DNA of 64,000 nucleotides, from positions 1,024,001 to 1,088,000 of the forward strand of contig OZ241841.1 in the NCBI GenBank assembly GCA_965202665.1, in the 5' to 3' direction. This document shows, one piece after another, positions 28,245-37,848 of the stretch. Source of the stretch: Candidatus Spongiisociaceae bacterium. GTDB lineage: Bacteria > Actinomycetota > Acidimicrobiia > Spongiisociales > Spongiisociaceae. The notes under the pieces were generated by a model. The model did not search any database and was not told the origin of the DNA. It saw only the letters and a list, made by a program, of their open reading frames with translations. The translations under genes and the position numbers were made by a program. The number at the start of each line of letters is the position of its first letter. Position 1 is the first letter of the stretch.

Positions 28245-29258
28245 TCAGGGTTTGAGTCCAATTTTATCAATAATTTTATTTGCTAATTTCTTGAAATCTT
28301 TACCTGCATCAATAGCAGCACTATTATGTCCACCAAAAGCACCGTCTGCCGCTTTGAGGTGGAAAATAGGTTTACGCGCCTCCTGTGCCATAGGTACAAG
28401 GCTCCTAAAATGCCTTAGCGTCGCCAAAGCATTTTCCCTATCATTGGCTGGAGAGCTAGGATATGGGCCTTGCGCTTTATTGAGTAGATTGATGGCATAC
28501 TCAGATGGCATCCTATTAACCCATTTGTCATAAGCTTGAACTGGCCTATCCAAACGTACGCTATGTTGTTGAACTACATACCCTATTGGTTGCATGCTAC
28601 CTCCTGGAAGGGGAAAGGCCGGATTCTTCCAATGGCCCTGACGGTTCGACCACTCCTCTCGCCATTGGTTTAGAGTAGGCCCAAGATTTCGTAGACCTTG
28701 CAATGAAAATAAATCAGCACCCAAAGGAACCACAATATAATCCGTTGCTATCAAAGCGGAACGATTGATAGCACCCAGATTTGGTCCAACATCAACCAAG
28801 ACAATATGAGCATCAACCTGTTGCGCACCATTTTGTATGATAGAATAAAAGGCTGTCAAAACGCGAAAAGGTTGCAAAAGATTGTCGGAACGTAGAGCTT
28901 TAGGCCACTCCTCTGACAAAAAATCCTCGGCGCTTGCTAGTGCTAAATCACCAGGTATTAGACTTAAATTGTTGTTTATCACTATTACCTCTGGTGGCAA
29001 TAAATCACCAACCCCCATCAAAGGCCGGAGACACTGCATAATGGTACTCCCATGATTTTCCCCAGCATTATTATCATCCCACAGACTCTCCAAATCCTCA
29101 TCGTTGAGAAAGTAAGCCGTTAGGTTAACCTGCGGATCTAAGTCACATACTAATACCTTATAGTCCATGTCGGACAACATCCAGGCTAGATGGTAAACCA
29201 GCGAGGTTTTACCAACTCCTCCCTTATTGTTAAAAAAGGTTAGTAAGGGGATTTTCAT
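28245..29258 (-). CDS. ParA/Soj-family ATPase, low GC
   Basis: FFNNKGGVGKTS deviant Walker A, DLDPQ, DVGPNLGAINR. Confidence 0.9.
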   Translation of the reverse strand: MKIPLLTFFNNKGGVGKTSLVYHLAWMLSDMDYKVLVCDLDPQVNLTAYFLNDEDLESLWDDNNAGENHGSTIMQCLRPLMGVGDLLPPEVIVINNNLSLIPGDLALASAEDFLSEEWPKALRSDNLLQPFRVLTAFYSIIQNGAQQVDAHIVLVDVGPNLGAINRSALIATDYIVVPLGADLFSLQGLRNLGPTLNQWREEWSNRQGHWKNPAFPLPGGSMQPIGYVVQQHSVRLDRPVQAYDKWVNRMPSEYAINLLNKAQGPYPSSPANDRENALATLRHFRSLVPMAQEARKPIFHLKAADGAFGGHNSAAIDAGKDFKKLANKIIDKIGLKP

Positions 29259-29268
29259 ATCAAGTACT

Positions 29269-30480
29269 CTATTCTAATAAACTAGGTTTGATAACAGTCA
29301 TTACATGATGTTGATCTACCATAAATTCAAGGTCGGGATTACCAGACTTTTTTAATAACTCACGTGATAGAGGTATGCCAAATCCGAAGCGTTCCACAAA
29401 TCCCATTATTTTCATCGCCTCAGCTAAATTAGGATTACGATAATCTATTCTCCTTAATTTTCCAAAATTCTCAGCTGTGACTTGGCCAAAGGGGCCACCG
29501 GGGCTGACTATTTCAATGCGATTATTAAACCAATATACTTCTACTGGTGCATTTGTATTATCATATCGTCTGTGTAAGACGGCATTACGAACAATTTGTT
29601 GTAAAGCCCCTAACGGATATGTTTCTCTTCGCTTTTCTATTGGTGTTGATAAAATATCAACAGATATACGATTATGTGCTATAAGTTTTTCATCAATGCG
29701 ATTAAGCATATCCATGATAGTTCCTTGTATTTTAGCTTCATCAATAATTTCATCCACCTCACTACAGCCATTTATCCTGAGAAATTGTATATATGCACTA
29801 GGTATAATATCTTGTGGATGTTTGCCAACCACTAGAATACCTAAAACAGTGGCAAAAGATTCATCAGTAGCAGAAATCATTTTAGTCGTAATCAACTTAT
29901 CTTCTATACTACGATTATTTACCTGTAGTACATCTTCACTAAAGGCTTGAGACAAATATTGGTTGAATAAATTTAGATCTAGATCATCTATACTAGATGT
30001 AGGAATTGGTTGTAAATCAAAAGGTATATTTCCATAACCCTTTTTTTCATTAAGTATGATTTCGTCTTGCTCGGTAGCGGTATTACGACGAGGACCTGTT
30101 CTAATACAGATAGATCCTTTATAACGAACTGGCGGTGAATTAGAAGGTTGTACCGTAATAATTGCTACTTCTTTACCTTGTAACATGCGCTTTTCCACTG
30201 TCAAGGAGGGCGGTGGTAATATATTACCATCAGTCTTCATATCGGCCAATCGGCGAAGAGACTCGTCTGTGATAGATTCACCTACAATAGTTCCCTTGTC
30301 GTTTACTCCTACAAAAACTAGGCCCGGCTTTTCGTGGTTGGGAAGATCGTTAGCGAACGCGCATATGGCCTCCCTGATCTTATTAGGGGAGTTGCCCAAC
30401 AAGGATTCCTTGAACTCAACCCGGTCGGACTCGCCAGCGGCGATTATTTCCAGGAGTTGCTCGTCTGTGAAGTCGGCCAT
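29269..30480 (-). CDS. Schlafen/AlbA_2 + RecG-C-like (HATPase_c_4) ATP-binding protein, low GC
   Basis: GESDRVEFKES..ICAFAN..VFVGVND; IVRNAVLHRRY..RIEIVSPGG..YRNPNLAE..VERFGFGI. Confidence 0.85.
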   Translation of the reverse strand: MADFTDEQLLEIIAAGESDRVEFKESLLGNSPNKIREAICAFANDLPNHEKPGLVFVGVNDKGTIVGESITDESLRRLADMKTDGNILPPPSLTVEKRMLQGKEVAIITVQPSNSPPVRYKGSICIRTGPRRNTATEQDEIILNEKKGYGNIPFDLQPIPTSSIDDLDLNLFNQYLSQAFSEDVLQVNNRSIEDKLITTKMISATDESFATVLGILVVGKHPQDIIPSAYIQFLRINGCSEVDEIIDEAKIQGTIMDMLNRIDEKLIAHNRISVDILSTPIEKRRETYPLGALQQIVRNAVLHRRYDNTNAPVEVYWFNNRIEIVSPGGPFGQVTAENFGKLRRIDYRNPNLAEAMKIMGFVERFGFGIPLSRELLKKSGNPDLEFMVDQHHVMTVIKPSLLE

Positions 30481-30499
30481 CGGCGGTTCCTCCTTTCGG

Positions 30500-30735
30500 T
30501 TTATTGGGCGTTTGCGGTTTTATTACCAGCCAGGTTACCAGGTCGAATCTGACGACGGAGCGAGGGATTCGGTTTCCTGGGCAGGAAGAAATCCCTGCTT
30601 CCGCCTAGTCCCAGGCTAGCAACCTGTTTCCGGTCGTGGGCTTGCCGGAGGCTGGTGATGCTGTCGCGCAACAGATTGTCGTACTCCTCCACCTTCCATC
30701 CTTGGTCGGTTTCCCGATTCGGATAGATCGCATAG
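30500..30735 (-). pseudogene. Frameshifted C-terminal remnant of a PLD/SNF2-type helicase of RM-like systems
   Basis: NRETDQGWKVEEYDNLLRDSITS.. then, in another frame, RFDLVTWLVIK; resembles the C-terminus of these helicases as recalled from memory. Confidence 0.5.
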
Positions 30736-30753
30736 ACGGGAGAACACCTACGT

Positions 30754-31533
30754 TCAGGCATTGCTCGCTGGGCGGTATCTGGGCGGGATTTGGTCTTCCG
30801 GCAACGGGTGGTCGACCGACGGGTTGAGCCACAACGGTCCCATAATCAGCGATTCGGCGAAGAAAATGTTGTGGTCGGCGCAGGCCGCGGGGGCCGACCG
30901 CAGAAGCAGGCGCCCGAAGCCGGAGTTCCAATCGACCGGCCGCAAACCCCATATCCGCCTCGGCTGGGGAACCCGGTGGGCGAACACCCATTGCGGAGGG
31001 GTTGTTTCATCCAAGTCGCAGAGGGCGTGCACCACCGCCGCGATGCTGGCCGCCATGTCCGGCTCGGTTTCCGGCGGGGGCGGGTCGGCCATCATCCTCC
31101 CCCGGCAAGCCGGCCGCACCGCCCAGTCTTTGGCGAACTGCACCAGCGGACGGAACCGGCCTCCCGCATCCGGTTCCCTCATCATGGGGGGCAGCTCCGG
31201 CACCAGCCAAAACGGGCGGGGGCGCAACGGCGGACGGCCCAGCCTCCGGCGCGACTCGGCGAAGGACGGCCTCCGCTCCTCGAAGGACCGGCGCGCAACG
31301 TACTTGTCCGCCGACCAGTCGGCCAAAGCCTCCAACTTGTAGCCGGGGGCCTCCCGTTCCGCCAGATAGGCCCGCACCGCCCGGCGCAGAACGTCCAACT
31401 CCCCGGCGCGGTGCGGAAAAGGCCGTTGCAGGCCCCACTCCCAGCAAAAATTCCAGGCGGTCCGCAACCATCCGGCGGGCGGGGCGCGCTCCCCCGGCCT
31501 TTCCCCCCACCACTGAACCGAAACCTCCTCCAT
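30754..31533 (-). CDS. Hypothetical protein
   Basis: ORF with host-like codon use; no family recognised. Confidence 0.55.
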   Translation of the reverse strand: MEEVSVQWWGERPGERAPPAGWLRTAWNFCWEWGLQRPFPHRAGELDVLRRAVRAYLAEREAPGYKLEALADWSADKYVARRSFEERRPSFAESRRRLGRPPLRPRPFWLVPELPPMMREPDAGGRFRPLVQFAKDWAVRPACRGRMMADPPPPETEPDMAASIAAVVHALCDLDETTPPQWVFAHRVPQPRRIWGLRPVDWNSGFGRLLLRSAPAACADHNIFFAESLIMGPLWLNPSVDHPLPEDQIPPRYRPASNA

Positions 31534-31599
31534 GCGCCGGATCCTAACCGGCCGCCCGGCCAAACCGGTGGCGGGCGCAAGCGGGGAACTTAGGTTGGG

Positions 31600-32556
31600 T
31601 CAGGCGGAGGCGGGGCGGACTTCCCGGCCGGGTTGTTCGGGTTCATCGTCCAGGATTTGGGGCGGGAAGCCGGGGGCGCGCAGGTCGGAGCCGCACGCCT
31701 CCTCCAGCAGGCGCACGATCCCCGGCGACCAAGCCCGGGGGCCGTAGCGTTCCATCCCCCGGCGGAAAATGTCCAACACCAGCGGCGACACTTCGGCGGG
31801 AACTCCGTGTTCCTCCGCCAACGCCTGGAAAAGGCTCATGTCTTTCACCACCAGATCCATCGTGAAATTGATGTCGTAGCTGCCGTTCAGGATCACCTGC
31901 GACTCGGTTTCATGCACGAACGAGTTGCCGGAGCTGATGCGGATCGCCTCGTAGGCGGTGTTCAAATCCATCCCCGCCTGCTTGGCGGTCATCAACGCCT
32001 CCCCCAAGGCCGCCAGATGAGTGGAGGCCAGGAAATTGGTCACCACTTTCAGCACCGACGCCGACCCCAAACCGCCCACGTGCAGGATGTTGCGCCCCAT
32101 GGCCGACAAGGCCGGGAAAGCCCGCTCAAAGTCGGGGCGTTCGCCCCCCACGAAAATGGAAATGTTGCCGGTGGCCGCCCGGTGGCAACCGCCCGACACC
32201 GGGCCGTCCAACGGGCGGGCCCCCGCCGCCCGCACCTTCTCCCCCAACCGGCGCACCTCCCCGGCGTCGGTGGTGCTCATCTCCAGCCAAATCTTGCCCT
32301 CCCCCAACCCGGCTATCGCCCCCTCCGCGCCCTCCATCACCTCCCGCACCGCCGCCGGCGAAGGCAGGCAGGTGATGACCAGTTCGCTGCGCCGGGCCGC
32401 CTCGCCGGGGCTGTCCGCCCATTCCGCCCCCGCCTCCAACAGCGGCCGGGCCGCCTCCCGGTCCAAATCCCGCACCGCCAGGGAATGGCCGTTGCGCAGC
32501 AGGCTGGCCGACAGTTTGCCCCCCACGTTTCCCAAACCGATGAAGCCGACCCGCAT
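31600..32556 (-). CDS. 3-hydroxyisobutyrate dehydrogenase-family NAD(P)-dependent oxidoreductase
   Basis: GFIGLGNVG, EMST, DGPVSGG, catalytic Lys in VLKVVTN. Confidence 0.9.
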   Translation of the reverse strand: MRVGFIGLGNVGGKLSASLLRNGHSLAVRDLDREAARPLLEAGAEWADSPGEAARRSELVITCLPSPAAVREVMEGAEGAIAGLGEGKIWLEMSTTDAGEVRRLGEKVRAAGARPLDGPVSGGCHRAATGNISIFVGGERPDFERAFPALSAMGRNILHVGGLGSASVLKVVTNFLASTHLAALGEALMTAKQAGMDLNTAYEAIRISSGNSFVHETESQVILNGSYDINFTMDLVVKDMSLFQALAEEHGVPAEVSPLVLDIFRRGMERYGPRAWSPGIVRLLEEACGSDLRAPGFPPQILDDEPEQPGREVRPASA

Positions 32557-32607
32557 AGGTTCCTCCCGTTCCCCAACCCCGGCTTCATCCCCGTCCCGGG
32601 GGACCGC

Positions 32608-33258
32608 TCACAGGATTCCGTAACGGGAGAATACTTCCCCGATGTCGTCCCCCTGCAGGATTTCGTCCCGCACCCGGCTTTCCCCCACGTCTTTGGCCTC
32701 CGCCAGCTCCGCCGCCCGTTCCGCCAACGCGGCCGGGATGACGATCGCCCCCATGACGTCGCCCACGATCCAATCCCCCGGGTTGACGGTGGCCGCGCCG
32801 CACCGCACCGGACGGCCGTGTTCCACCACCTCCTGGCGGCCGGAAGAATCCAAAGGCGAAAAACCTCGGGAAAAAACGGGGAAGCCCATTTCCAGGATCT
32901 GCTCCACATCCCGGACGGCCCCGTCCATCACCGCCCCTATCGCCCCCCGCACCCGGGCGGCCGCCGACAGCAACTCCCCCCACATCGCCGACACCTGATC
33001 CCCGCACCGCATCACCACCACCGACCCGGGCGTTATGTCCCGGAAGGCGGCCAGCAAATGCTGGTAGGGAACGGCGGCGGGCCGCTCCATCGGCTCGCAC
33101 CGCATGGTGAAAGCCGGGCCGGCCAGCCGTTGGCCGGGTTCCATCGGGCGGATGTCCATCCCCAACGCCGAATCCCGAAACCCCAGCCCGTCGACCACAT
33201 CGCACAGCAAAGCGGTGTGCAACCGCCCCAACCGCCCCGCCAAAACCTCCGTGCTCAT
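32608..33258 (-). CDS. RraA/HMG-aldolase family protein
   Basis: LAGPAFT, AMWGELLS, DGAVRD, VNPGDWIVGD. Confidence 0.88.
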   Translation of the reverse strand: MSTEVLAGRLGRLHTALLCDVVDGLGFRDSALGMDIRPMEPGQRLAGPAFTMRCEPMERPAAVPYQHLLAAFRDITPGSVVVMRCGDQVSAMWGELLSAAARVRGAIGAVMDGAVRDVEQILEMGFPVFSRGFSPLDSSGRQEVVEHGRPVRCGAATVNPGDWIVGDVMGAIVIPAALAERAAELAEAKDVGESRVRDEILQGDDIGEVFSRYGIL

Positions 33259-33345
33259 CCGAACCTCCCTCCGCCGCCGAAGCGCCGCCCGCCTTGGGCC
33301 GCGACCGAACGATAGCACGGTCGCATACCCCCTGAATTATGCAGT

Positions 33346-34404
33346 ATGATGGTATTGATGACTACTTCACAAAATCCGCCGAACGGGGGCAAGCGGCCAA
33401 CCCGCCATGCCGTATATCATCAGCTGGCGGTCCAGGTCGAAGAATTGCATGACAATCTGGGCGGGTTGCCCAGCCCGTTGGAAGCGGCCGATATTTGGCA
33501 GGGGATTTGGATTGAGGAAACCCATAATTCCACGGCCATCGAAGGCAACACCCTGGTTCTCAAGCAGGTGGAGCGGCTTCTGGTGGAAGACCGGGCGGTC
33601 GGCAACAAGGAACTGCGGGAATATCTGGAGGTCAAAGGCTACGCCGATGCCGCGAAATGGGTCTATCGGCAAGCGGCCAACCCGGCCGAGCACTCACCTG
33701 AAAGGCCGATCCTCACCCTGCAGGAAGTCAGATCCGTCCACAACCGGGTCATGTCGCTCGTATGGCGGGACGCCCCCCACCCCGCCGCATCCGAAGAGGA
33801 AGGGCCCGGTTCTTTTCGGCAACATGAGATTGAACCCTTTCCGGGGGGGATGAAACCGACAACGTGGCCGCTGATACCCGCCGAGTTGGACGCTTGGATT
33901 GAAGAAGTCAACCGACTGCGGAGCGACGACGAGAACATCTTCGAGCATCTGGCGGCCTTCCATAGCCGATTTGAGCAAATACACCCTTTCTTGGACGGCA
34001 ACGGCCGCACCGGGCGCCTCTTGCTCAACCTAATTCTGATTAGGTGCGGATATCCCCCGGTAATTATTTACAAGCGGGATCGGGAAAAATACCTGCGGGC
34101 GCTCCAAAAAGCCGACAACGGCGAGCCGGGGCCGCTGGGCCAAATCATCGCCCGGGCCCTGCTCGACAACCTGCACCGGTTCATTCTCCCGGCTGTGGCG
34201 GGACCGTCCCGGGTCATTCCTTTGGCCGCGTTGTCGACGCCCAAAGAACTGCCCGCGTTGCGGGCCGCCGCCCAACGCGGCAGGCTCAGGGCAGTCAAAG
34301 GAGCCGATGGACAGTGGCGCAGCTCGCAACGGTGGGTGGAAGAATATAAGTCCAACCGATATAAACGGGGGCAACCGGAGGCATCTGTAATCAGCAGAGA
34401 ATAG
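33346..34404 (+). CDS. Fic-family protein with C-terminal HTH-like extension
   Basis: Canonical HPFLDGNGRTGR, inhibitory STAIEGN motif, tail ALRAAAQRGRLRAVKGADGQW. Confidence 0.92.
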   Translation: MMVLMTTSQNPPNGGKRPTRHAVYHQLAVQVEELHDNLGGLPSPLEAADIWQGIWIEETHNSTAIEGNTLVLKQVERLLVEDRAVGNKELREYLEVKGYADAAKWVYRQAANPAEHSPERPILTLQEVRSVHNRVMSLVWRDAPHPAASEEEGPGSFRQHEIEPFPGGMKPTTWPLIPAELDAWIEEVNRLRSDDENIFEHLAAFHSRFEQIHPFLDGNGRTGRLLLNLILIRCGYPPVIIYKRDREKYLRALQKADNGEPGPLGQIIARALLDNLHRFILPAVAGPSRVIPLAALSTPKELPALRAAAQRGRLRAVKGADGQWRSSQRWVEEYKSNRYKRGQPEASVISRE

Positions 34405-34407
34405 CCG

Positions 34408-34750
34408 CCGAAAGAGTTTTGTACAGGAAAAATTGGCAAACTAAACAAAAAAACGGCCAAATTATAAGCAAAATACACAGAAAAAACCCACAAAACAACG
34501 AAAAACGCCTCACGCCGGCCCAGCCCCGAAAAAGTTTTGTACACGAAAAATCGTCAAACTGCACAAAAACAGGGCCCGCCAAAATCATCCCCGAAAGAGT
34601 TTTGTACAGGAAAAATTGGCAAACTAAACAAAAAAACGGCCAAATTATAAGCAAAATACACAGAAAAAACCCACAAAACAACGAAAAGCACCTCCCACCG
34701 GCCTACACCCGAAAGAGTTTTGTACACGAAAAATCGTCAAACTGCGCAAA
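34408..34750. repeat. A-rich tandem duplication (183-bp period) with four copies of a 35-bp motif
   Basis: CCGAAA[GA]AGTTTTGTACA[GC]GAAAAAT[TC]G[GT]CAAACT at 34408, 34526, 34591 and 34709. Confidence 0.93.
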
Positions 34751-35054
34751 ACCCGGCAGGACCGACAGGCACACCACCTCTATACCGGGCCCCGCTACCT
34801 CTCGTCAATCAATATGCAAAGCGGGGGGTGTCCCACTCCCGGGCGAAATCCCGGGCCGTCCCTGCGTATTGAGGGAGAACATCGCCGTCAACTCGCCCTA
34901 TCAATCCCGGCCGCCAAAGCCCTGTCGGAACAACTGGTCGACCCCGCCCCGATCAGGCCAAACCACAACGACAAAGCAAAACCTTCCGCCAGTGCCGAAA
35001 ATAGAGTGCCCTCTTTAGCAGTATCGCTCGCAAAATTGCCGGGCGGAGGGGATT

Positions 35055-35330
35055 TCAATACCTTGCGTTACGCTTCAGGTGGTTGATGATCCTCTGCTCG
35101 GTCGTCGCCTCCTCGGCCGACAATTGATCTCGGTTCTCGTCCAGGTATTTTTGCCTTCTGTCGGCTTCCCGCAAAAGCTCCGTTCGATCCCACCTGGACA
35201 TCCTCGGCGCAGCCGGTCGGAAGGGAAAGATACGCTCTTTCGTCAACCGTATCAACCCGGAACGGAAGGTCGATCTTCCGCGAATTCTTAATATCATTTT
35301 TGGTCCTTTCCGTCGTGCGATCGGTATCAC
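35055..35330 (-). CDS. Small hypothetical protein
   Basis: Charged helical ORF; start uncertain. Confidence 0.3.
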   Translation of the reverse strand: MIPIARRKGPKMILRIRGRSTFRSGLIRLTKERIFPFRPAAPRMSRWDRTELLREADRRQKYLDENRDQLSAEEATTEQRIINHLKRNARY

Positions 35331-35833
35331 CCTGGATTTAGGGCCTTTGCTTCACAACCCGATTATAACCGTGGCCCGCACGGTGCGGATGGGAGCATGC
35401 TCAAAGGCAATCCACCCGCGGGAGAACGCAGAAATGCGACGCCCAGCTGGGCAAAACTGCGGGCGACGGACGGGAAATCGGCGATGGCATTAGGAGCATG
35501 CGGGAGGCCCGGTTGAAAAAATGGGGACCGGCTCCGACATCGTGGGCCCGGTTCAAATCCCGCCGGGCGCGGGTGTTCCTTCTCAAGGCGGAGCATATCA
35601 GCCTGCGCCAAGCCATCCTCTCCGCCGCCCGCACCAACGCCGAACTGTTCTGCTTGGCAGGACCGCACCGGAACGGTGGAGGAAAGGTTAAGAGGCCGGG
35701 CTGATTTGGTAGCGGGAAACCCACTCCAAGACATAGGTTCGTTGGTCCGACCTGAGCGGGGGGCGGTGGTGAAGACCTGGAAAACCCGGGCCGTCGCCCT
35801 CGTCTGAACCGACGCCCGGCGCCGGGCGCCGGG

Positions 35834-36589
35834 TCAGGTTATGGACTGTCCGGCGTCTAAGAAGATGGTGGAGCCGGTGGCCAACCGGGACTCGTCGGAA
35901 GCCAAAAAAACGGCCGCCCCCGCCACGTCCTGGGGGACGCCGATGGTCTTGAGGGGGACCATGGACAGCCGGTGGTTCCGGAACTCAGGGTCGGCGATGT
36001 CGTCCCGGTTGAGGTCGGTTTCGATCAGCCCGGGGGCGATGCCGTTGGCCCGGATTCCGTACGGGGCCAGTTCCAAAGCCAGTTGCCGGGTCAGCATCCG
36101 CACCCCTCCTTTGGAGCAACAGTAATGGGCGAGGTTGGCGACCGCCAACTGTTCGGAGACGGAAGACATGTTGATGATGACCCCCGACCCCCGCTCTATC
36201 ATTCTCCGGGCCGCGGCCTGCGCGCACAGGAAATACCCTTTCAGGTTGACCGCCATGATGCGATCCCATTCCTCCTCGGTGATTTCCAAAAAGGGGGTCC
36301 GTTTGAGAATGCCCGCGTTGTTGACCAGAACGTCGATCCGCCCGAACCGTTCCACGGCGGCCGCCATCAAAGCCTCCGCTTCGGCTTTTACGGAAATGTC
36401 GGCCCGCACCGCCAACGCCCCCCGCCCCAGGCTTTCGATTTCCTCCGCCGTCCGCCGGGCCCCCGCCTCATGGGAGCGGTAGCCGACCGCCACCTCCGCC
36501 CCCTCCCGGGCGAAACCGACCGCTACCGCCCGTCCTATGGAACGGGAAGCCCCGGTCACCACCGCCACCTTGTCCCGCAACCGCATCAT
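35834..36589 (-). CDS. Short-chain dehydrogenase/reductase
   Basis: TGASRSIG, NNAG, YCCSK. Confidence 0.93.
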   Translation of the reverse strand: MMRLRDKVAVVTGASRSIGRAVAVGFAREGAEVAVGYRSHEAGARRTAEEIESLGRGALAVRADISVKAEAEALMAAAVERFGRIDVLVNNAGILKRTPFLEITEEEWDRIMAVNLKGYFLCAQAAARRMIERGSGVIINMSSVSEQLAVANLAHYCCSKGGVRMLTRQLALELAPYGIRANGIAPGLIETDLNRDDIADPEFRNHRLSMVPLKTIGVPQDVAGAAVFLASDESRLATGSTIFLDAGQSIT

Positions 36590-36621
36590 TCGCCCCGCCC
36601 CGCCCGCTAAAACCGAAGTGC

Positions 36622-37848
36622 GGGTTTCATTGCTTCCTCATCCGTGCCGCCCGCCTCCGAACGGCAACGGCGAATCTAACAGGGGGAACCCCCGTACGGG
36701 GCGAACATCGGCTTTTCCCCAAACGGGCGGACGCGGATTGGTATAGTTAGCCAACGCCCGCGATGAGAGGAGACGGGGGGCAATGTTCGGACAAGGTTCG
36801 ATGGGCGGGCTGTCGGCGCTGTTGGCGGCCTGCGGCGGGGACTATATTTTGGGGAGGCGAGGGGAAGGACGGTAACTATGGCGGAGCGGAAACATTTAGG
36901 CCCCCCAGATTCGGAGCGGGAACGTCTTGTCCAGGACGCAGCCGGCCGTCCCACCGACGCGGGAGCGGACACTGCTACTCAACAGTTTCTGTTGGAACGG
37001 GTTAACCGGCTGGAGCAGGAGCTGCCCCCCGGAGGGGAGTTGCTCCCCGACGATTTTGATTTAGAGGAACGGGTTGAGAAAACTCGCCAAACCGCAAAAC
37101 GCGGATTCGAAAACGGGTTCTCTGACGGAGTGTACGGATTAGAAAGAGTCCAGTCCCAACCAGCTCCGAAAACCCGCTACTCGTACGCTTACCGGGAGGG
37201 CTACGAAGCCGGCCACGCAGCCGGTCGGGAGATGCTCCGGTTGGACGAACTGACCGCCGCGCTCCGGAGTAGGGCGGTTCAGGGGCGATCAGTGGAAGAT
37301 TTAACGGCTGATGACCTGGAAACACTCCCCGTTACCGCGCCCGCTGGGCGATAGAAACCTACGGCAAAAACGGTAGCAAAGCGAATTTTGCCTCCACCTA
37401 AAAAGGGACGCTCCTCCGAGCTTTCTGAACGGGCAGGTGGTCGCCCCTTTGTCCCACAACCGAATTATTTAGGCCAGGCGACTGCCGCCCCGTCGTCAGA
37501 TTCTCCCGCAGGCGCGTGCCATCAGCGCCAACAGCGCCGGCACCTGCCAAAAACTGGTCCGCGTCCAGATGGGTTTCATTGCTTCCTCATCCGCGCCGCC
37601 CGCCTCGAACGGCAACGGCGAATCTAACAGGGGCGAACCCCCGTACCGGGCGAACATCGGCTTTTCCCCAAACGGGCGGACGCGGGTTGGTATAGTTAGC
37701 CAACGCCCGCGATGAGAGGAGACGGGGAGCAATGTTCGGACAAGGTTCGATGGGAATGACCAGGCGGCAGTTTCTGCGCAACGGTTCGCTGACCGCATTG
37801 GGTTCGGTGGGCGGGCTGTCGGCGCTGTTGGCGGCCTGCGGCGGGGAC
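36622..37848. repeat. ~220-bp imperfect direct repeat (ABC operon promoter and 5' end) flanking an inserted ORF
   Basis: 36622-36842 matches 37571-37848 with a 57-bp deletion between GGTTCG[AG]TGGG microhomologies. Confidence 0.92.
36878..37354 (+). CDS. Hypothetical protein
   Basis: 158-aa ORF with GFENGFSDG / YREGYEAG motifs. Confidence 0.6.
   Translation: MAERKHLGPPDSERERLVQDAAGRPTDAGADTATQQFLLERVNRLEQELPPGGELLPDDFDLEERVEKTRQTAKRGFENGFSDGVYGLERVQSQPAPKTRYSYAYREGYEAGHAAGREMLRLDELTAALRSRAVQGRSVEDLTADDLETLPVTAPAGR

Noticed and set aside
34408-34750. CRISPR array (repeat begins GTTTTGTAC)
   Set aside because: Spacers are unequal (83/30/83 bp), the first and third are copies of each other, and no cas genes are present
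34391-35018. ORFs overlapping the A-rich repeat
   Set aside because: Low-complexity translations of the tandem repeat with no coding signal
35545-35566. tRNA fragment or att site (GGTTCAAATCC)
   Set aside because: T-stem pairs poorly and no matching tRNA end is present in the window
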